NCBI GenBank assembly: GCA_951406725.2
Contig: OX597828.1
Coordinates: 60,202,001-60,266,000, forward strand
Source: Octopus vulgaris
Lineage: Eukaryota
Direction: 5' to 3'
DNA length: 64,000 bases
A program made the position numbers and the translations under genes. Every line of letters begins with the position of its first letter. The first letter of the stretch is position 1. Below the pieces are notes generated by a model. The model saw only the letters and a program-made list of their open reading frames with translations, made no database searches and was not told where the DNA came from. This document shows, piece after piece, positions 37,801 to 51,099 of this stretch.

Positions 37801-39050
37801 GTGTTACAGTGTTTTTTCCTGGGGACACAATATCAACATTTGCCTTCAGAAGCACTTTCTATTTTCCTCCAAGTTAACCAAATTTAGAATGTATCTTTTA
37901 CAGAGTTAGAAGTTCAGGTTCTAATTTATATTTAAATATTTTTCTTTTTTATTTGAAATTTAGACAATTTTTCAGATATTATTGGAAGAAGAAAGCAACT
38001 TGAAAGTAAAGAAAAAATATTATCTGTAAAATTATAAGATTTTGTAGGTGAATTAAGCAGCAAAGTATTTTCAGAGTGTAAAAATTTATAGAGCTTAAAA
38101 CATGACATTGCAGACTCTATTTATCACAGTTTTACATATATTTAAGCATTTTATGAAAGAAAAAGAAAATTCTACCTGTGAAACACTAAATTACAATTAT
38201 TTTTGTAATTTACTTCAAATTTTGATTAAGTAAAAAGGAAAATACATCTGTGAACATCAAGAGAATGAGTGTTCTCTTTTTCTTGAGTGCCTGATTCAAT
38301 GTTTACAACAAAGTGGATACTTCTAAAGATATTGTTTTCTACTTTTAAGCCCTGCCACTTTCAAGACAAAAGCAGATTAATGAAATTTTAATATAGTGAG
38401 TCATTCTACTGACAATATATAAAAATACTAGCTAATACGAGAAGACAGTATTCATTAGAGTGGAGCCAAGTGAAACAGTTATATGAAGTGAAAATACAAG
38501 GAAGTCCTGGTTTCATTTCTTCATACAGCATTGATTACAAGAAGAATTACCAATCACAACTGCCTACAATAACAGAAAATGGAAAACAATTATTTTCATG
38601 GTAGTGTTTATCACAGTTTTTTGTATTTGCCAGATCTAGTTGCTAATTACTGAAAGGTTGCTGATGTGCAGCTGTCTGCATTCAAATTCTTGTTGACTGG
38701 TCACTCATTGTTTTTGCCTATTTTGGGGAGACCTTAGCAACTGTAACTAGATTGTCTCCTGATGACATCAAGTATTTTGCAATTTTTAATGGTCAGTTAT
38801 TTTGCTGATGGCAGTCAGTCTGGCCAAAGAACATGATTGGTTCATTTCTTTATAGCATTGTCTGGTTGTTGTTGACAAGAAACTGGAAAATATGAGTTTC
38901 AGGTTCAATCTGAGGCAAAGACCTGCTACATTACTTCTCAGTCAGATAGTTGATTTTATTCTGAGGGAAGTCAAAATACAAGTGGAAACATGGAAAGAAA
39001 AGGAGACAATAACTAAGAATACATTTTGCTTGTTTTGTTAATTGTTTTTG
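34809..39050 (+). other. SHOC2: Putative long SHOC2 3' UTR / TE-free downstream region
   Basis: About 4.2 kb U/A-rich sequence with no recognisable TE, unlike the flanks; several AATAAA (first at 35276); true end unknown. Confidence 0.5.
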
Positions 39051-39769
39051 TTTACTGCTACAGCCCTGGACTGACAATTCCTAATGAGGGAATACAGTGG
39101 ATAGAAACTGAACAAAGTTCCATTATATGTAGGTGTATACACACACACACACATATGTAATAAAGAAAAGGCAGTAAAGCATAAATTTCAAAAATGTTTC
39201 ATAATTCAATTGTTTTCTACAGTTGTTTCAGTGGGTATAATAAAAACATTATCACTTATATACTTACTGATAATCAGCTCATATTCAGCTCTCAGTCTAT
39301 GATTACTAATTTTGTCTTTAATATAAATTCATTTTCTAAAGTAAATGAAAATTCTTATACATATTCTGACTAATAATAATCAACCAATGCTTATTGCTAA
39401 AAAAAAATAATCAGAAATCAAAATATTACTTGATATGATTTTCCTTATCAATAAATGTTAAAACAAAAATTCTGCAGATATTCTTTAAAATTCTTGAAAA
39501 TTTTCAACCCCATCATAATGTTACCAAATCTTTAATAAAAGGTAGTACATCAGCATGGACGCAGTCAAATGACTGAAGCAAGTAAAAGAATATTAGAATA
39601 AAGTCAACTATTAGACTATTGCATTCCACAACACTTAACTTAGCTTCTAATATAGTAACTTCAATTCATTAAGTTAAATATTACCTCTTAACATAATAAC
39701 TTTATCAGTATTAAGAATGAACAACTCAACATAGGTTTGTAGTTAATAACTTCAGAAAGACACAGAGGA

Positions 39770-41570
39770 ACACCTGTCTCAAAAAGGATGTTAGGAAAAC
39801 TCAAAGACCCAGCAAACCAGCTGCAATTCAAAACATCTGATGAGAAGGATAGAACACAACTGGAAGGTTTTGTGGAGCAACTTCCTGAGGGCTACAGACC
39901 AAGGCTGTGGTTGATGCAAAGACCCATGGTGGTGGAACAAGGAGGTAGACAGTGCTATAAAAGCAAAGTGACAGGCTTGGAATGACTGGGAAAATGGTGG
40001 AAGCAGAAGTAAGAGATTTACATAGCAAAGGGAGAAGCAGCAAATAGATTTGCCAATGTTCTACTGCATAAGGATCAGAGATATGAGGTGTTCTGGATTG
40101 CAATCAGTGTATCAGAGAGAATAGAGACGTTATAGATGGAAAATGTGTGCAAATGGCTAATAGTATTCTTGCACTTAATGATTCTAAGAAAGAGGCATGG
40201 AAGTCCCACTATGAAAGGTTACTGAATGTGGAGAATGCATAGAAGGACAGTCATTTGAATATAGACCCAACTGAGGGACCAGTCATCAGAGTTGACAGCA
40301 GTACCCTGGTAGCTAAAGCAATTAAGGATATGGGCTAATTAAGGACTGAGATGCTTAAATATGTGGTGATGTAGGATATAGCCTTGTCACTGGTATAGTT
40401 AATCAGGTAATGCAGAAAAGTGTCATACTCAATGACTGGTGTAGAGCATTATAATCAACTGCTACAAGTGTGAAAGAAATACCTTAGAAACAGAGTGGTA
40501 TCAAACTGCGAGACTAGGTCACAAAAATTGCAGTGAGAATTGATTAGGAAAAGAGTAGACTAGATGAGATGCAGTTTGTGCCATAGTAGAGTGCTACAAC
40601 TACAGAAGTATCTAGCCAAAAGTAAACCATTGTACCCAGAGAAAGCTTTCAATAGAGTCCTTCACTCTATTATTTTGTGATCTTTAAGGAAATTAGGATT
40701 TGATGACTGGTTTCTTACAGCCATACAAACCATGTATAGGGGTCTTTCAGTAGATTGGCAGTCAGCCATGAATGGAGTGTACTTGAAAAAGTTCACCAGG
40801 GCTCTGCCTTCAGTTCCCTCAGAAATTCGTGACTGGCTGCCTGTGGGAACTACTATATACTGATAATCATGCTCTTATAGTAGAATCTATAGCAGAATTG
40901 GAAAAGAAATTCCATGTATGGATGTAAAACCTGGAATCAAATGACCTTAAAGTTAACTTAAGAAAGACCAAAGTTGTAGAAAGCAAATAAGACACTCTTT
41001 CTGTCAGGTAAATGGCTTTATTGAATGTGTAGGTAAGGTGTTGGAAGGAATTCCATTCAATGCACCTAGTGCAAGCTTTGGCCACATAAGGGGCATAATG
41101 GCATCACAAATAGCTCAACAGAGAAAGGAGACTATGTGGCAAATGCAATGCAATAAACTCTACTAAAGGCACACAGGAATTAAATTTTCTCAAATGCCCA
41201 GGAGGCTCCTTAGAAGTTGTAGATAGTTCTGTTACTTAGGTGACCAAATTAACAGTAGCAGTGGATGTTCTGAAAGTGTAGTTGCTAGAATAAGTATAGG
41301 ATGGAGAAAGTTCAGAGAGTTATTACATCTGTTGGCAATGAAAAGCTTCTCTCTCAGAGGGAAAGGCAAATTGTATGATCCTTGTGTACAGACGGCTATG
41401 CTCCACGGTAATGAGACATGGACTCTGAATGCAAAGGACATATGAAGACCAAAGAGAAATGAAGCTAGCATGATCCAATGGATGTGCATCATCAGTGTAC
41501 ATGTATGGCAAAGTGCAAAAGTGATGACAGAAAATTAGGCATAAGTGGAATCAGATGTAGCCTGTGATAA
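39770..41570 (+). mobile_element. Old RTE LINE, heavily decayed
   Basis: AWKSHYERLLNVENA, EKAFNRV, VVDSSCYLGD-like, MLHGNETW; homologous to 12690-14300. Confidence 0.8.
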
Positions 41571-41589
41571 AGTTGATCATGGTGTATGT

Positions 41590-41840
41590 CACAAGCAGTG
41601 TGATCTTGGTGTAACTGGAATACTTGGAGTGGCTACATGACTTTTTGTAAGATAGAAGCCAGGCTGTGGTTGCCAATGGAGCTATATCCATGGAAACACA
41701 AATAGTGAGTGGTGTCCCACATGACACTGTCTTAGGACCACTGATAATCATAATGGCCATCTCAGATATGCCCTCAGCTGCTCAGATAGCCACCCGTACT
41801 AGCTATACAGAGGATACAGAACACATCTGCAACAGGAGTT
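41590..41840 (+). mobile_element. CR1/L2/Jockey-group RT fragment
   Basis: WLHDFL.DRSQAVVANG..SGVPHDTVLGPLII..ISDMP. Confidence 0.6.
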
Positions 41841-42536
41841 GAACATATACACTCATATATGTGCAGATACATGTACACTTATGTATACACATAAATATAA
41901 CAATGTAGAAAAATTAATAATATAATGAAATTAAAAGTATAAAATTATAAATTATTCAATAATAGAAAACAGATGGTTAACAAGTTGCTCAGATAAGGTC
42001 TGGTTGATTCAGTTTAAAGGTTTTGCATACTAACTACAAATATCTTTTCTTTAGATATTACTTAAAAACTCCATATCAGGGATTTGGGTTGTTTTTTTTT
42101 ACTTTTCCTTTATTATTATATTTTTATTTATTTATTTTAATCTCAACTTTCGCTTTTAATCTTTAATTTTAATTTTGATTTCAATTTAATCCCCTACCTT
42201 TTTCTAACTTCTATTATATTTCTTTTAATCATTTGCAATATTTATTTCTTGACATAGTCTATTACATTCTGCATCTTTTTACTCTTTCTTACACAAAATT
42301 TTTCAATTCAACTATTGTTTATACTTATTTTTCTGCTACAGTCTATTGTAATTTGCTGCCATTAATGCACCATTATTTTACAAATTAGTTACCCAATCAG
42401 ATTTAAATGCTTATACATTGAACTGGTATCAGCAAAATATTATATATACTCAGGATTTATAAAATTTCATTATTCTGTATCAGTCTGATGAATAGTTGTT
42501 TTTGAGGTTTTTTCAGTTTTAATAAAATATATCTAG

Positions 42537-42885
42537 ACATAAGTGTAGCTCTGTGGTATGAAGCTTGCTTCCTGACCACATGGTTCTGGATTCAGTCCCA
42601 CTGTGTGGCACCTTGAGCTATAGTCTTGGGCCTATCAAAGCCTTGTGAGTGGATTTGGTAGACAGAAACTGAAAGAAAACCGTATGCATGTCTTTGTGTC
42701 TGTGTTTGACAACTGGTGTTGGTGTGTTTACATCCCCATAACTTAGCAGTTTGGCATAAGAGACCAATAGAATAAGCACCAGGCTTTAAAAAGAAATAAG
42801 GACTGGAGTCAATCCATTCAATTAGAAATTCTTCAAGGTGGTGTCCCAGCATAGCTACAAATGACTAAAACAAGTCAAAGATAAT
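42537..42885 (+). mobile_element. tRNA-derived SINE, near full length
   Basis: Same family as 17205-17522; head, gtagacagaaactgaaagaa core, tail aaacaagtcaaaga. Confidence 0.8.
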
Positions 42886-42889
42886 CATG

Positions 42890-43570
42890 GCCATACACCC
42901 ATATGTTATTTACAGCCATGCCCCCCACCCCCTGACATGCAAATATCTAACCTTTGTCAAAACTCTCCGATCTCCCCAACACCTGTTGCATGCCCCTCCA
43001 CTCTCATTCATCTACCTACCTACACATTCTGCATGTCCTCACATATCTTCCTTACCCCCCTCCCAGTTTCCCTCACACTCTTATGAACCACCACCTCTAT
43101 CCCCTCTGTAGTACTTATACCCATTCACTCTGCAGCCAGGCCCCAATGCATTTCCAACATCATCAATTTCTCTCTCTTTCTTACTGTTTCTCTATCTTTT
43201 TCCCCAACTCTCTCCCACCTTCCTTTCCCTTCTTTGGGGACAGCAAATTTATCTCCTCTATAGTATGACAACTGTCTCTGTCCATCATACTCTAACCTCT
43301 TGCTTGGCACATAGACACTTTCCTTGGTTTCACACCTTTCAGCTAAGAGGTAACTGTCTTGTAAGTTACTATGCAACCTTGCTAGTGCCACATAAAAAGC
43401 ACTCAATACACTCTGTAAAGTGGTTGACATTAGGAAGGGCATCAAGCCGTAGAAACTATGCCAAAACAGACAATTGGAACCTGTTGCAGTTCCCCAGCTT
43501 GCCAGCTAGCTACTATCAAATCGTCCAACCCATGCCATGCCAGTATGGAACACTTGTTAAATGATGATGA
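42890..43570 (+). mobile_element. RTE 3' UTR remnant (pyrimidine-rich subfamily)
   Basis: Ends taggaagggcatc..ccaacccatgcc..ttaaatgatgatgat like other RTE tails. Confidence 0.6.
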
Positions 43571-45269
43571 TAGTGTGTGTAAATATATATATATATATAT
43601 ATATATTACTAGTGACAGAAGCAGCATAAGCATTAGTTCAAAATAGCTGTCTGTATATCTTATAAGTATACTGTAAAAAACCCAGAAATCTGTGTCTTGT
43701 ATAAATGTATAGTGCCCAAAAGCACATAAGTATATCAGTAGCAGACAAGAAGCATCCATCAGTTGTGGTGGAATTGCTAAATCTAGATTTCTGCTTCTTT
43801 GAGCAGTTACATCTGTAGACAAATTTAGCCTCTACTTATACAGAAAAAAAAAATAGTGATTAGCAGACCACTAGTGTTGTAAATAGCCAACAAGTTGGGT
43901 AAAAATTCACTACTAATGGCATTAAGTAAGATATACAGAATACCATATATATATATATATATATATAAGCAAAAGTGCTAGTTCTAAAACCTAAGAAATG
44001 AATGCAGGACTGGTATGATGGTAAGGGTTTGCTCCCCTGCCTGCAATTTTATTGGATGCATCATTAACCAGCTGGAGGAGTCCACTCGAATGGACAGCCA
44101 TGTTAAAGTGGCTACAAATATTACAACTGCAATTATCTCTTAGAGAGATTTTTAAACTAGCATTTTTGCTTGTTGCAAGATTAGCAACTGTGTGTTCACT
44201 TGAAATATATTATGAGCAGAAGTAAGCTGCTATCATCTCCAGTAGACTTGTGTCAGGCTTTTTTGGTTGTCGCTTATTTGTGTTCATGAGTTCAAATTTG
44301 TTATATAATTAATGTTTTACCATTATTGTTGCACTTGTTGGAATTGAGCTGTTATTTATTTGTTAACTGTTATTTTCACCCTTCTGGGCAGAAAAGATTT
44401 AAATTTTGAAATACTGTGAAAGCAACAACTGACTAGAATTGCGATTTTTACCCTTTGCAGGGTAAAAATTATTTTTTGTCAAAAGTTATTTTTGCCGAAA
44501 ATTATTTTTCCTCTAATTTTATTCCTTTTTAAAAGAATTTGTTTACTGTGAAAATTTTCACCTTATGGAGTACAATTTATTGTTGAACGAAGATTTCCCA
44601 GAGATGGAAAAGGATAAAAATAATGAAAATTTAATGCAAATGCAAAACGAAAAGCAAAGTTTTTCGGCCATGGTAAGCAGCAACATGATAACAATGGAAA
44701 TTACCATGGCAGAACTTTTTAAAAAACAGGTTGTGATACAAAATTAGTCTCTCCTCAATATTGCAGCAAATACTATACTACACAAAATGTACAGTATGAA
44801 AGGAAACAGAATTATCTATACATATAAATTTGATGTGGGCGATTCTTTCTTGTCATGGGATTCACAGTCAAATGGCTAGGTGGAATTGCATGAAAAATTA
44901 CACGTGTAGAATGATCCGGTGGTGATGCTGGGCTTTGAGTTTTTTTCATAGGCCCTATGGTTACCGAGATAATCTACTATAATAATACACTTGGGTTTAT
45001 GAATGAGAAAGGGAAGGGATAAAAAATAAAATAAATAAAACACCGTTTCAACTCTGTAAATATATGTGTGTGTATGTAAAAGGGAGGTATTTGTGTGTGT
45101 GTTTGTGTGTGTATGTGTGAGCAAGCAATAGAAGTGGGATGGTTCATCTTTGTTCACTTAGTATTTGGGTTTATTTTTTGATTTGGTTGAATCCTGGTTG
45201 CTTTTTTTTTTTGTTGGTCAGTTATTTTTAGTGCTTTGACAGAAAAAGTAATTCTAAAATTGATTTTTA

Positions 45270-45655
45270 ATGTCTCTCTCTCTATCCGCTCAGTCGAAGT
45301 CAACTCTCGGTCACTCGTTGGATCAGTGTCCTCCAGTCAGTTCTATCCTGGGCCGCTATGCCCATTCCGGTATCACTCTTGATGGTGTCAAGCCAGCGGG
45401 TTCTTGGTCAACCTCTTCCTCTCTTGCCACTGACCATTCCGAGCATGATGTCCTTCTCCAGGGATTTTCTCCGCATAATATGACCAAAATATGCCACTCT
45501 ATGCTTGGTGATCCTAGCTTCTAGCGACATTTTCGGCCTTATCTGCTTAAGAACTTCTCCATTGGTGAGCCTCGCTGTCCATGCAATCCGTAAAAGTCTT
45601 CTCCAACACCAAAGCTCGAATGCATTAATTCTCTTCTGGTCAGCTTTCTTTTTAA
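45270..45655 (-). mobile_element. RTE-BovB-like LINE 3' fragment
   Basis: Minus translation KADQKRINAFELWCWRRLLRIAWTARLTNGEVL..AYFGHIMRRKSLEKDIMLGMVSGKRGRG*PRTRWLDTI. Confidence 0.85.
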
Positions 45656-45659
45656 TGTA

Positions 45660-45749
45660 AGCGTGGCCAAAGAAGTTGAATGCTTACACAGAGCAGGTTT
45701 TACAGCCACATCATCCAAACTGACCAGGTGAAACCGGGCTTAGCTGCTA

Positions 45750-45750
<1 letters not shown>
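45660..45750 (+). mobile_element. Possible Helitron 3' end
   Basis: Imperfect GC hairpin ccaggtgaaaccggg, 8 nt spacer, CTAG (45747-45750) followed by T. Confidence 0.45.
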
Positions 45751-45786
<36 letters not shown>

Positions 45787-45885
45787 GTGTGTGTATGTAT
45801 GTGTATATATATATATACATTATGTGTGTGTATGTATGTATATATATATATATATACATTATGTGTATGTGTGTGTGTATATATA

Positions 45886-47177
45886 CGAGGGGCGTTCAAT
45901 AAGTAATGCCCCTGACCCACTTCCCGTAGTAGTAGAGCAACGAAACTTGGCACAGTTATTAGTCTTTTTCTACATAGGAACCACCCAGAGTTACACATTT
46001 CTCCCCTCGTTTGATGCAGCTCTGGAGACCGTTTTTGTAGAAGACCCCAGCTTAGTCCTCCAACCACGACGTGACTTCAGAAATCAAGGCTGCATCATCT
46101 GGGAAACACTTTCCTTTCAAAAACAACTTCATGGATGGGAAGAGGTGAAAATCAGAGGGTGCAAGGTCAGGAGAGTAGGGGGATGGGGGAGGAGTTCATA
46201 GTCGCACGCCTGTGCTTCTGATCTGGCGACACGTGAGTTGTAGACCTGGAGTGTTGTACTGCAGGAGGAGGATGCCTTTGCTGATCTAGCCCCGCCTCTT
46301 GATTTTGATAGCTTCTCTTAATTGCCTCAAAAGTGAAGCATAATAGGCTCCTGTAATTGTGGTACCCTTTGCCAGGAAATCTGTCATCACTACTCCGTCC
46401 TGGTCCCAGAAGACTGTGAGCATGACCTTGCCAGCGAAGGGCTGAACCCTTGCCTTCTTTGGAGGAGGTGAGTCATGGTGCTTCCACTGCATTGACTGGG
46501 GTTTGATCTCTGGATCATAGTGATGGACCCAGGTTTCATCCTGTGTAATCAGTCTTTTGAAAAATTTTGACTCATCTTCTTGGCACATCTCCAAATTCAT
46601 CCTCGAGCACTCGACGCGTTCTTGCTTCTGGAAAGGTGTGAGCAACCTGGGAATCCATCTGGCAGACACCTTTTGCATATGCAAATGGTCATGAATGATA
46701 GTTTCCACAGACCTGGTACTAATCTTGACCTAATGGGCTATTTGGCGAATAGTTATGCGTCGATCTTCCAAAATGGCAACCTCAACTTAACGGACAAATG
46801 CCTCATGAATGGCAGAAGGGGGCGACCAGATCTGGGAGCTGTTTCCACAGAGTTCCGACCATGTTTGAATTCACGATGCCAGCGTTTTACAAGGTCATAT
46901 GATGGGGCATCATCACCATAAGTTACTTTCATTTCATCAAAAGTCTCCTGTGGTGTGCATCCTTTCAAATACAAAAACCGGATCACTGCTCGACACTCAA
47001 CAGGCTCCATTTCACATTTGGCTCAGTTCAAACACCTGTAAATCAGAAACCACAATTAGTTCAGAGCTGTAATTTGCCACTTAATCTATAGAGATATAAA
47101 TAATTGCACATGCAAAATTTCAGCTAGATCAAACAACTGCATGTTGGTCAGAGGCATTACTTATTGAACGTCCCTCG
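45886..47177 (-). mobile_element. Full-length mariner element (1292 bp), frameshifted transposase
   Basis: TA|CGAGGGGCGTTCAATAAGTAATGCC ... GGCATTACTTATTGAACGTCCCTCG|TA; ORFs MEPVECRAVIRFLYLKG, SARWIPRLL, ITQDETWVHHY, PYSPDLAPSDF. Confidence 0.95.
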
Positions 47178-47206
<29 letters not shown>

Positions 47207-47209
<3 letters not shown>

Positions 47210-47372
47210 GTCTTGAATGGCACAACAATGCACTATAATAACAACAATGTTATAATTTAATTATCCATAGTCTGACAATAATTATTATATCAGATTATGG
47301 ATAATTAAATTATAACATTTACTATAGTTCATTGTTGTTATTATAGTACATTGTTGTGCCATTCAAGACACA
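47207..47372. repeat. Nested foldback palindrome (~165 bp)
   Basis: Outer arms tgtgtcttgaatggcacaacaatg.actataataacaacaatg and inner arms aatgttataatttaattatccata.tctga are each matched by a reverse complement. Confidence 0.85.
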
Positions 47373-47516
47373 TTATATTTTATAAACAATACACAATGCT
47401 TCAGGTGAACTGCAATACTCTCCTATATTATGTGTGTGTGTGTGTATATAATTATTTTCGTAATGTGATAAAAAAACCCAAGGCTGAGTAGATTTTAGAA
47501 CATTTATAGATAGAAG

Positions 47517-47568
47517 GTCTTACAGCTGTTTCCAGGATATTTATCAATTATATCCCTTCATCGGAGAC
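47517..47568 (-). ncRNA. Minimal type-I hammerhead, U4C core variant
   Basis: Minus GTCT-CCGATGA-agggatat..atatcctg-GAAA-C-AGCT-G-TA-AGAC; palindromic AGCT loop III. Confidence 0.7.
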
Positions 47569-47605
47569 GGTGTGAGAGGATGGTTAAGTCATAGTTAATT
47601 TATAT

Positions 47606-48107
47606 AACGAAGTACCAATATTTACTGGAAATAGCGAACGTAATAATACGACGCTAATGTATAGCTTCACCGCGTATGTACTAGCAAAAATGCGTGTGTG
47701 CAACAAACTAGAAAAAATTGTCTTACCTCCAGGGAGAACATCTGAAAGATGAAATACCTGGAAAAGAATAATGTGGGACCTGCGCAGGTTTCAGATTTTT
47801 CAAGATATGTCTGCCACCCATAAACTTGATCTATCTTCATCAGCTAAACATATACCACGACAACCTTTCAGATGTTACCACATTAATGCCATTACACTCG
47901 ACTGAAACGCCGAAACACTAACAGCACGAGAATGGTGAAGAAGTTTCAATAAATTAGTAATGCAATACTAGATATTCTCCCTGGAGGTAAGACAATTTTT
48001 TCTAGTTTGTTGCACACACGCATTTTTGCTAGTACATACGCGGTGAAGCTATACATTAGTGTTGTATTATTACGTTCGCTATTTCCAGTAAATATCGGTA
48101 CTTCGTT
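47606..48107. repeat. 133-bp inverted repeat enclosing a hammerhead-like motif
   Basis: 47606-47738 is the reverse complement of 47975-48107 with about 3 mismatches. Confidence 0.85.
47771..47850 (-). ncRNA. Hammerhead-like motif with fully palindromic stem III, weak stem I
   Basis: Minus CTGATGA-agat..caag..cttg..atct-GAAA-CCTGCGCAGG-TC; flanks tgtttag / ccaca pair poorly. Confidence 0.55.
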
Positions 48108-48827
48108 GTACCATATATTTACTTCTTTGTGCTTGCCACAGTAATGCAAACTCACTATAATGCTGAAGTGTATTAAACTATGAAAGACATGCCACCTCAC
48201 TTTAGCAAAGAAATGAGTGGCCAAAGTTTTATGGTTAATCCAGTGGCTACATCACAGAAGAAAAAGGATGGGGAGGAAGCTGAATTTGTGCAGCTCCTCC
48301 CCAAACTAAAATTGTAAGTACTAAGTTAGGGTGTATAAATGCACGTGACCTAGGGTCAAACTGGAAACAAACTTGTCTCTTTGATGACCTTAAGTCACTA
48401 GATCAACCATAGTAAAGCAGTACAGTGTAGCTGGTGGACCTCCCAGCCAAGGTTTAAACATTTTTAATTATATTGTTTAATTATATTTTAATATGTCATC
48501 ATATTTTTAAAACTCATTTATGAACACATTTTGTTTGTAATGTCCTCTATATCCGATATTTATTATCATAATAAAGAGTAAATCTTTAGCAGACAAGGTG
48601 TCCAGTACTAAGGAGTGGCAGAAACAGCCCAAAACTAGGACTGGTATGCTGGTTCCATTGCTAGTAGGGCTTCACTCTCCTGCTCACAATTTTATCAGAT
48701 GCAGTTGTGTATTGTTAACCAGCTAGAGGAGATGTCCTCTTAGGGTTAAAAAATTGTAGTAGAGTCTACTCAAATGGACAGCCATGTTAAAGTGGCTACA
48801 AATATTACTTAATATATATTTATATAT

Positions 48828-49820
48828 CATCATCATCAGTTAACGTCTGTCTTCCATGCATGCATAGTTAGAACAGTTAACAGGAGCCAGCCAGGTAGAA
48901 GACTACCCCAGGCTACTGTGTCTGTTTTGGCAGGGATTTTACAGTTGGATGCCCTTCCTAAAACCAGCCACTCTGCAGAGTGGGCTCAATGCTTTTTACA
49001 TGGCACTAGCACAGGCGAGGTTGGTTTTGACATGATTTTTACAGCTGGATGCCCTTCCAAATGGCCACCACTTTACAGTGTGGACTGGATGCTTTTTACA
49101 TGGCACCAGCACTAGCAGGGTCATCAAGTAACTCACAAGACAAGGAATTTTGTGAGGGGGAGGGGCATTTGTGTCAGATGATGAAAGGTTAGTGTGACAG
49201 AGAGACAGAAACAGGTATCTTGCTATATAGTAGGTACATGGTTGCCCAGAGAGAGAGAGAGAGGTACAAGAAAGAGGACAGAAATAGATGTGCTGATGTA
49301 AAGGAGATACTTGGTTACCTAGTCAGAGAGAAAAGCAAGAAAAAGAGAGAGAGAATGATCAAGAATGAGGGCAGAAACAAGTATGCCTCAGTAGAGGAGC
49401 TACATGGCTACTCACCCAGCGGGAAGAGCAAAGGAAAGAGAGAGAGAGTGGGAAATAGTAAAAGTGCAGAGAGAGCAGTAGATAGATGGTGAAGTACCAT
49501 GGTATACTCACAAGTAACAAGGATCAGAGCATAGATGTGATGGTATAGTAAGGAAGGGAGAAGTATGGAGGTCATAATATATGTGGTCAGGCATTGCTAA
49601 GAAGGCGCAAGAAAGGAGTGGGGATTGCAGTGACTGGCAAAATCCTGGGTATAAAAATGGGGTGGGGGAAAGCAGTGATACAGTGAACAAGGCAGTGAGG
49701 ACAGGGAGGGGGTGTGAGAGACAATCATAGTTTGTGTAGAGGAAATGTGAAGAAGAGAAAGACACAGTTTAAAAGAGATGTTTCTTGGGGTGAGATGAGT
49801 GAAAAATTTGTTGTTACATG
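48828..49820 (-). mobile_element. RTE 3' UTR remnant
   Basis: (CAT)n head, repeated acagctggatgcccttcc units; distal part homologous to window positions 1-440. Confidence 0.7.
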
Positions 49821-50249
49821 TGATTGTGACACATATATATTGGTAAAAAATATAAGGAGTGCATTGCATTACATAAATAATATTTCAAGGATTTAATAAA
49901 AACATAAATGTAAAATTTAACAAAACCATAACACATGAAAAATTTGTAGCTAATTCCTTGTCAATCAACATCCTAGAGATCATGATAGTTTCGTGCCGTT
50001 GTTGTTAAAACCATTCTCTCTTGGAGACACCAGTTGCAAAAATCCACTGGGAATAGCTAATGAATGTACAGGACAATGACGAAAACAAACGAGGCAAACA
50101 AATAATTATAATAATCATACATACATATATATATACACACACATATATATATATATATTTATATATATATATACATATTCTGCATATATATATATATATT
50201 TTTTTTTTTTTTCCTGATGAAGGCCATTTTATGGGGTTACCTGGGCTTC

Positions 50250-50694
50250 CCATCCACAAAGGATTTAGCAATTCAAGAGAAACATCCAGAATTGGCCAAC
50301 AGGAAGGGTATTGTTTTCCAACATGATAATGCAAGACCGCACGTTTCTTTGGGAACCAGACAAAAATTGCTGCAGCACGGCTGGGATGTGTTACCCCACC
50401 CTCCATATTCACCAAATATTGTTCCTTCAGATTTCAACTTATTCACATCTCTGCAGAATAGTCTTAATAGTAAAAATTTCAATTCCTTGGATCACGTAAA
50501 AAGATACCTTGATGAATTCTTTGCCATGAAACCACCTCAATTCTGGGAAGAGGGTATTTTCAAGTTAAAGGAAAGATGGAGACACATTGTGCAACAAAAT
50601 GGTTTATATTTGGTTGATTAAAAATGTAATGGCAAGTATTTATTGACCTTTTTCTTTCCTCTAAAAATCGATGCGAACTTTCCTGACAACCCAA
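50250..50694 (+). mobile_element. mariner 3' fragment
   Basis: ORF 50217-50621 FQHDNARPH..LPHPPYSPNIVPSDFNLF; TIR ..actttcctgacaacccaa|TA. Confidence 0.88.
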
Positions 50695-50715
50695 TATATA
50701 TAAATATATATATAT

Positions 50716-50947
50716 GGTGGCATGTAAAAAGCACCAATCCGATCATGGCCGTTGCCAGCCTCGCCTGGCACCTGTGCCAGCGGCACGAAAAAGGCACCCA
50801 CTACACTCAAGGAGTGGTTGCCATTAGGAAGGGCATCCAGCTGTAGAAACAATGCCAGATCAGACTGGATCCTGGTGCAGCCTTATGGCTTCCCAGATCC
50901 CGGTCAAACTGTCCAACCCATGCTAGCATGGAAAACGGATGTTAAAC

Positions 50948-50978
<31 letters not shown>

Positions 50979-50980
50979 CA
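50716..50980 (+). mobile_element. RTE 3' UTR fragment with (GAT)n tail
   Basis: One tandem unit plus the conserved terminal segment. Confidence 0.85.
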
Positions 50981-51099
50981 ACAACATCAACAGAGGCAGC
51001 TACAACAACAAATCAACAGCATCAGCAGCTACAACTACATCGACAGCAGCAGCAACAGTGGCAACAACAATAATAGGTACAGCACTGACATCACACATC

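Noticed and set aside
39075-39280. Hammerhead-like fragments (CTAATGA..GAAA on +; CTGATTA..GAAACAACTGTA on -)
   Set aside because: Core mismatches and no stem I pairing.
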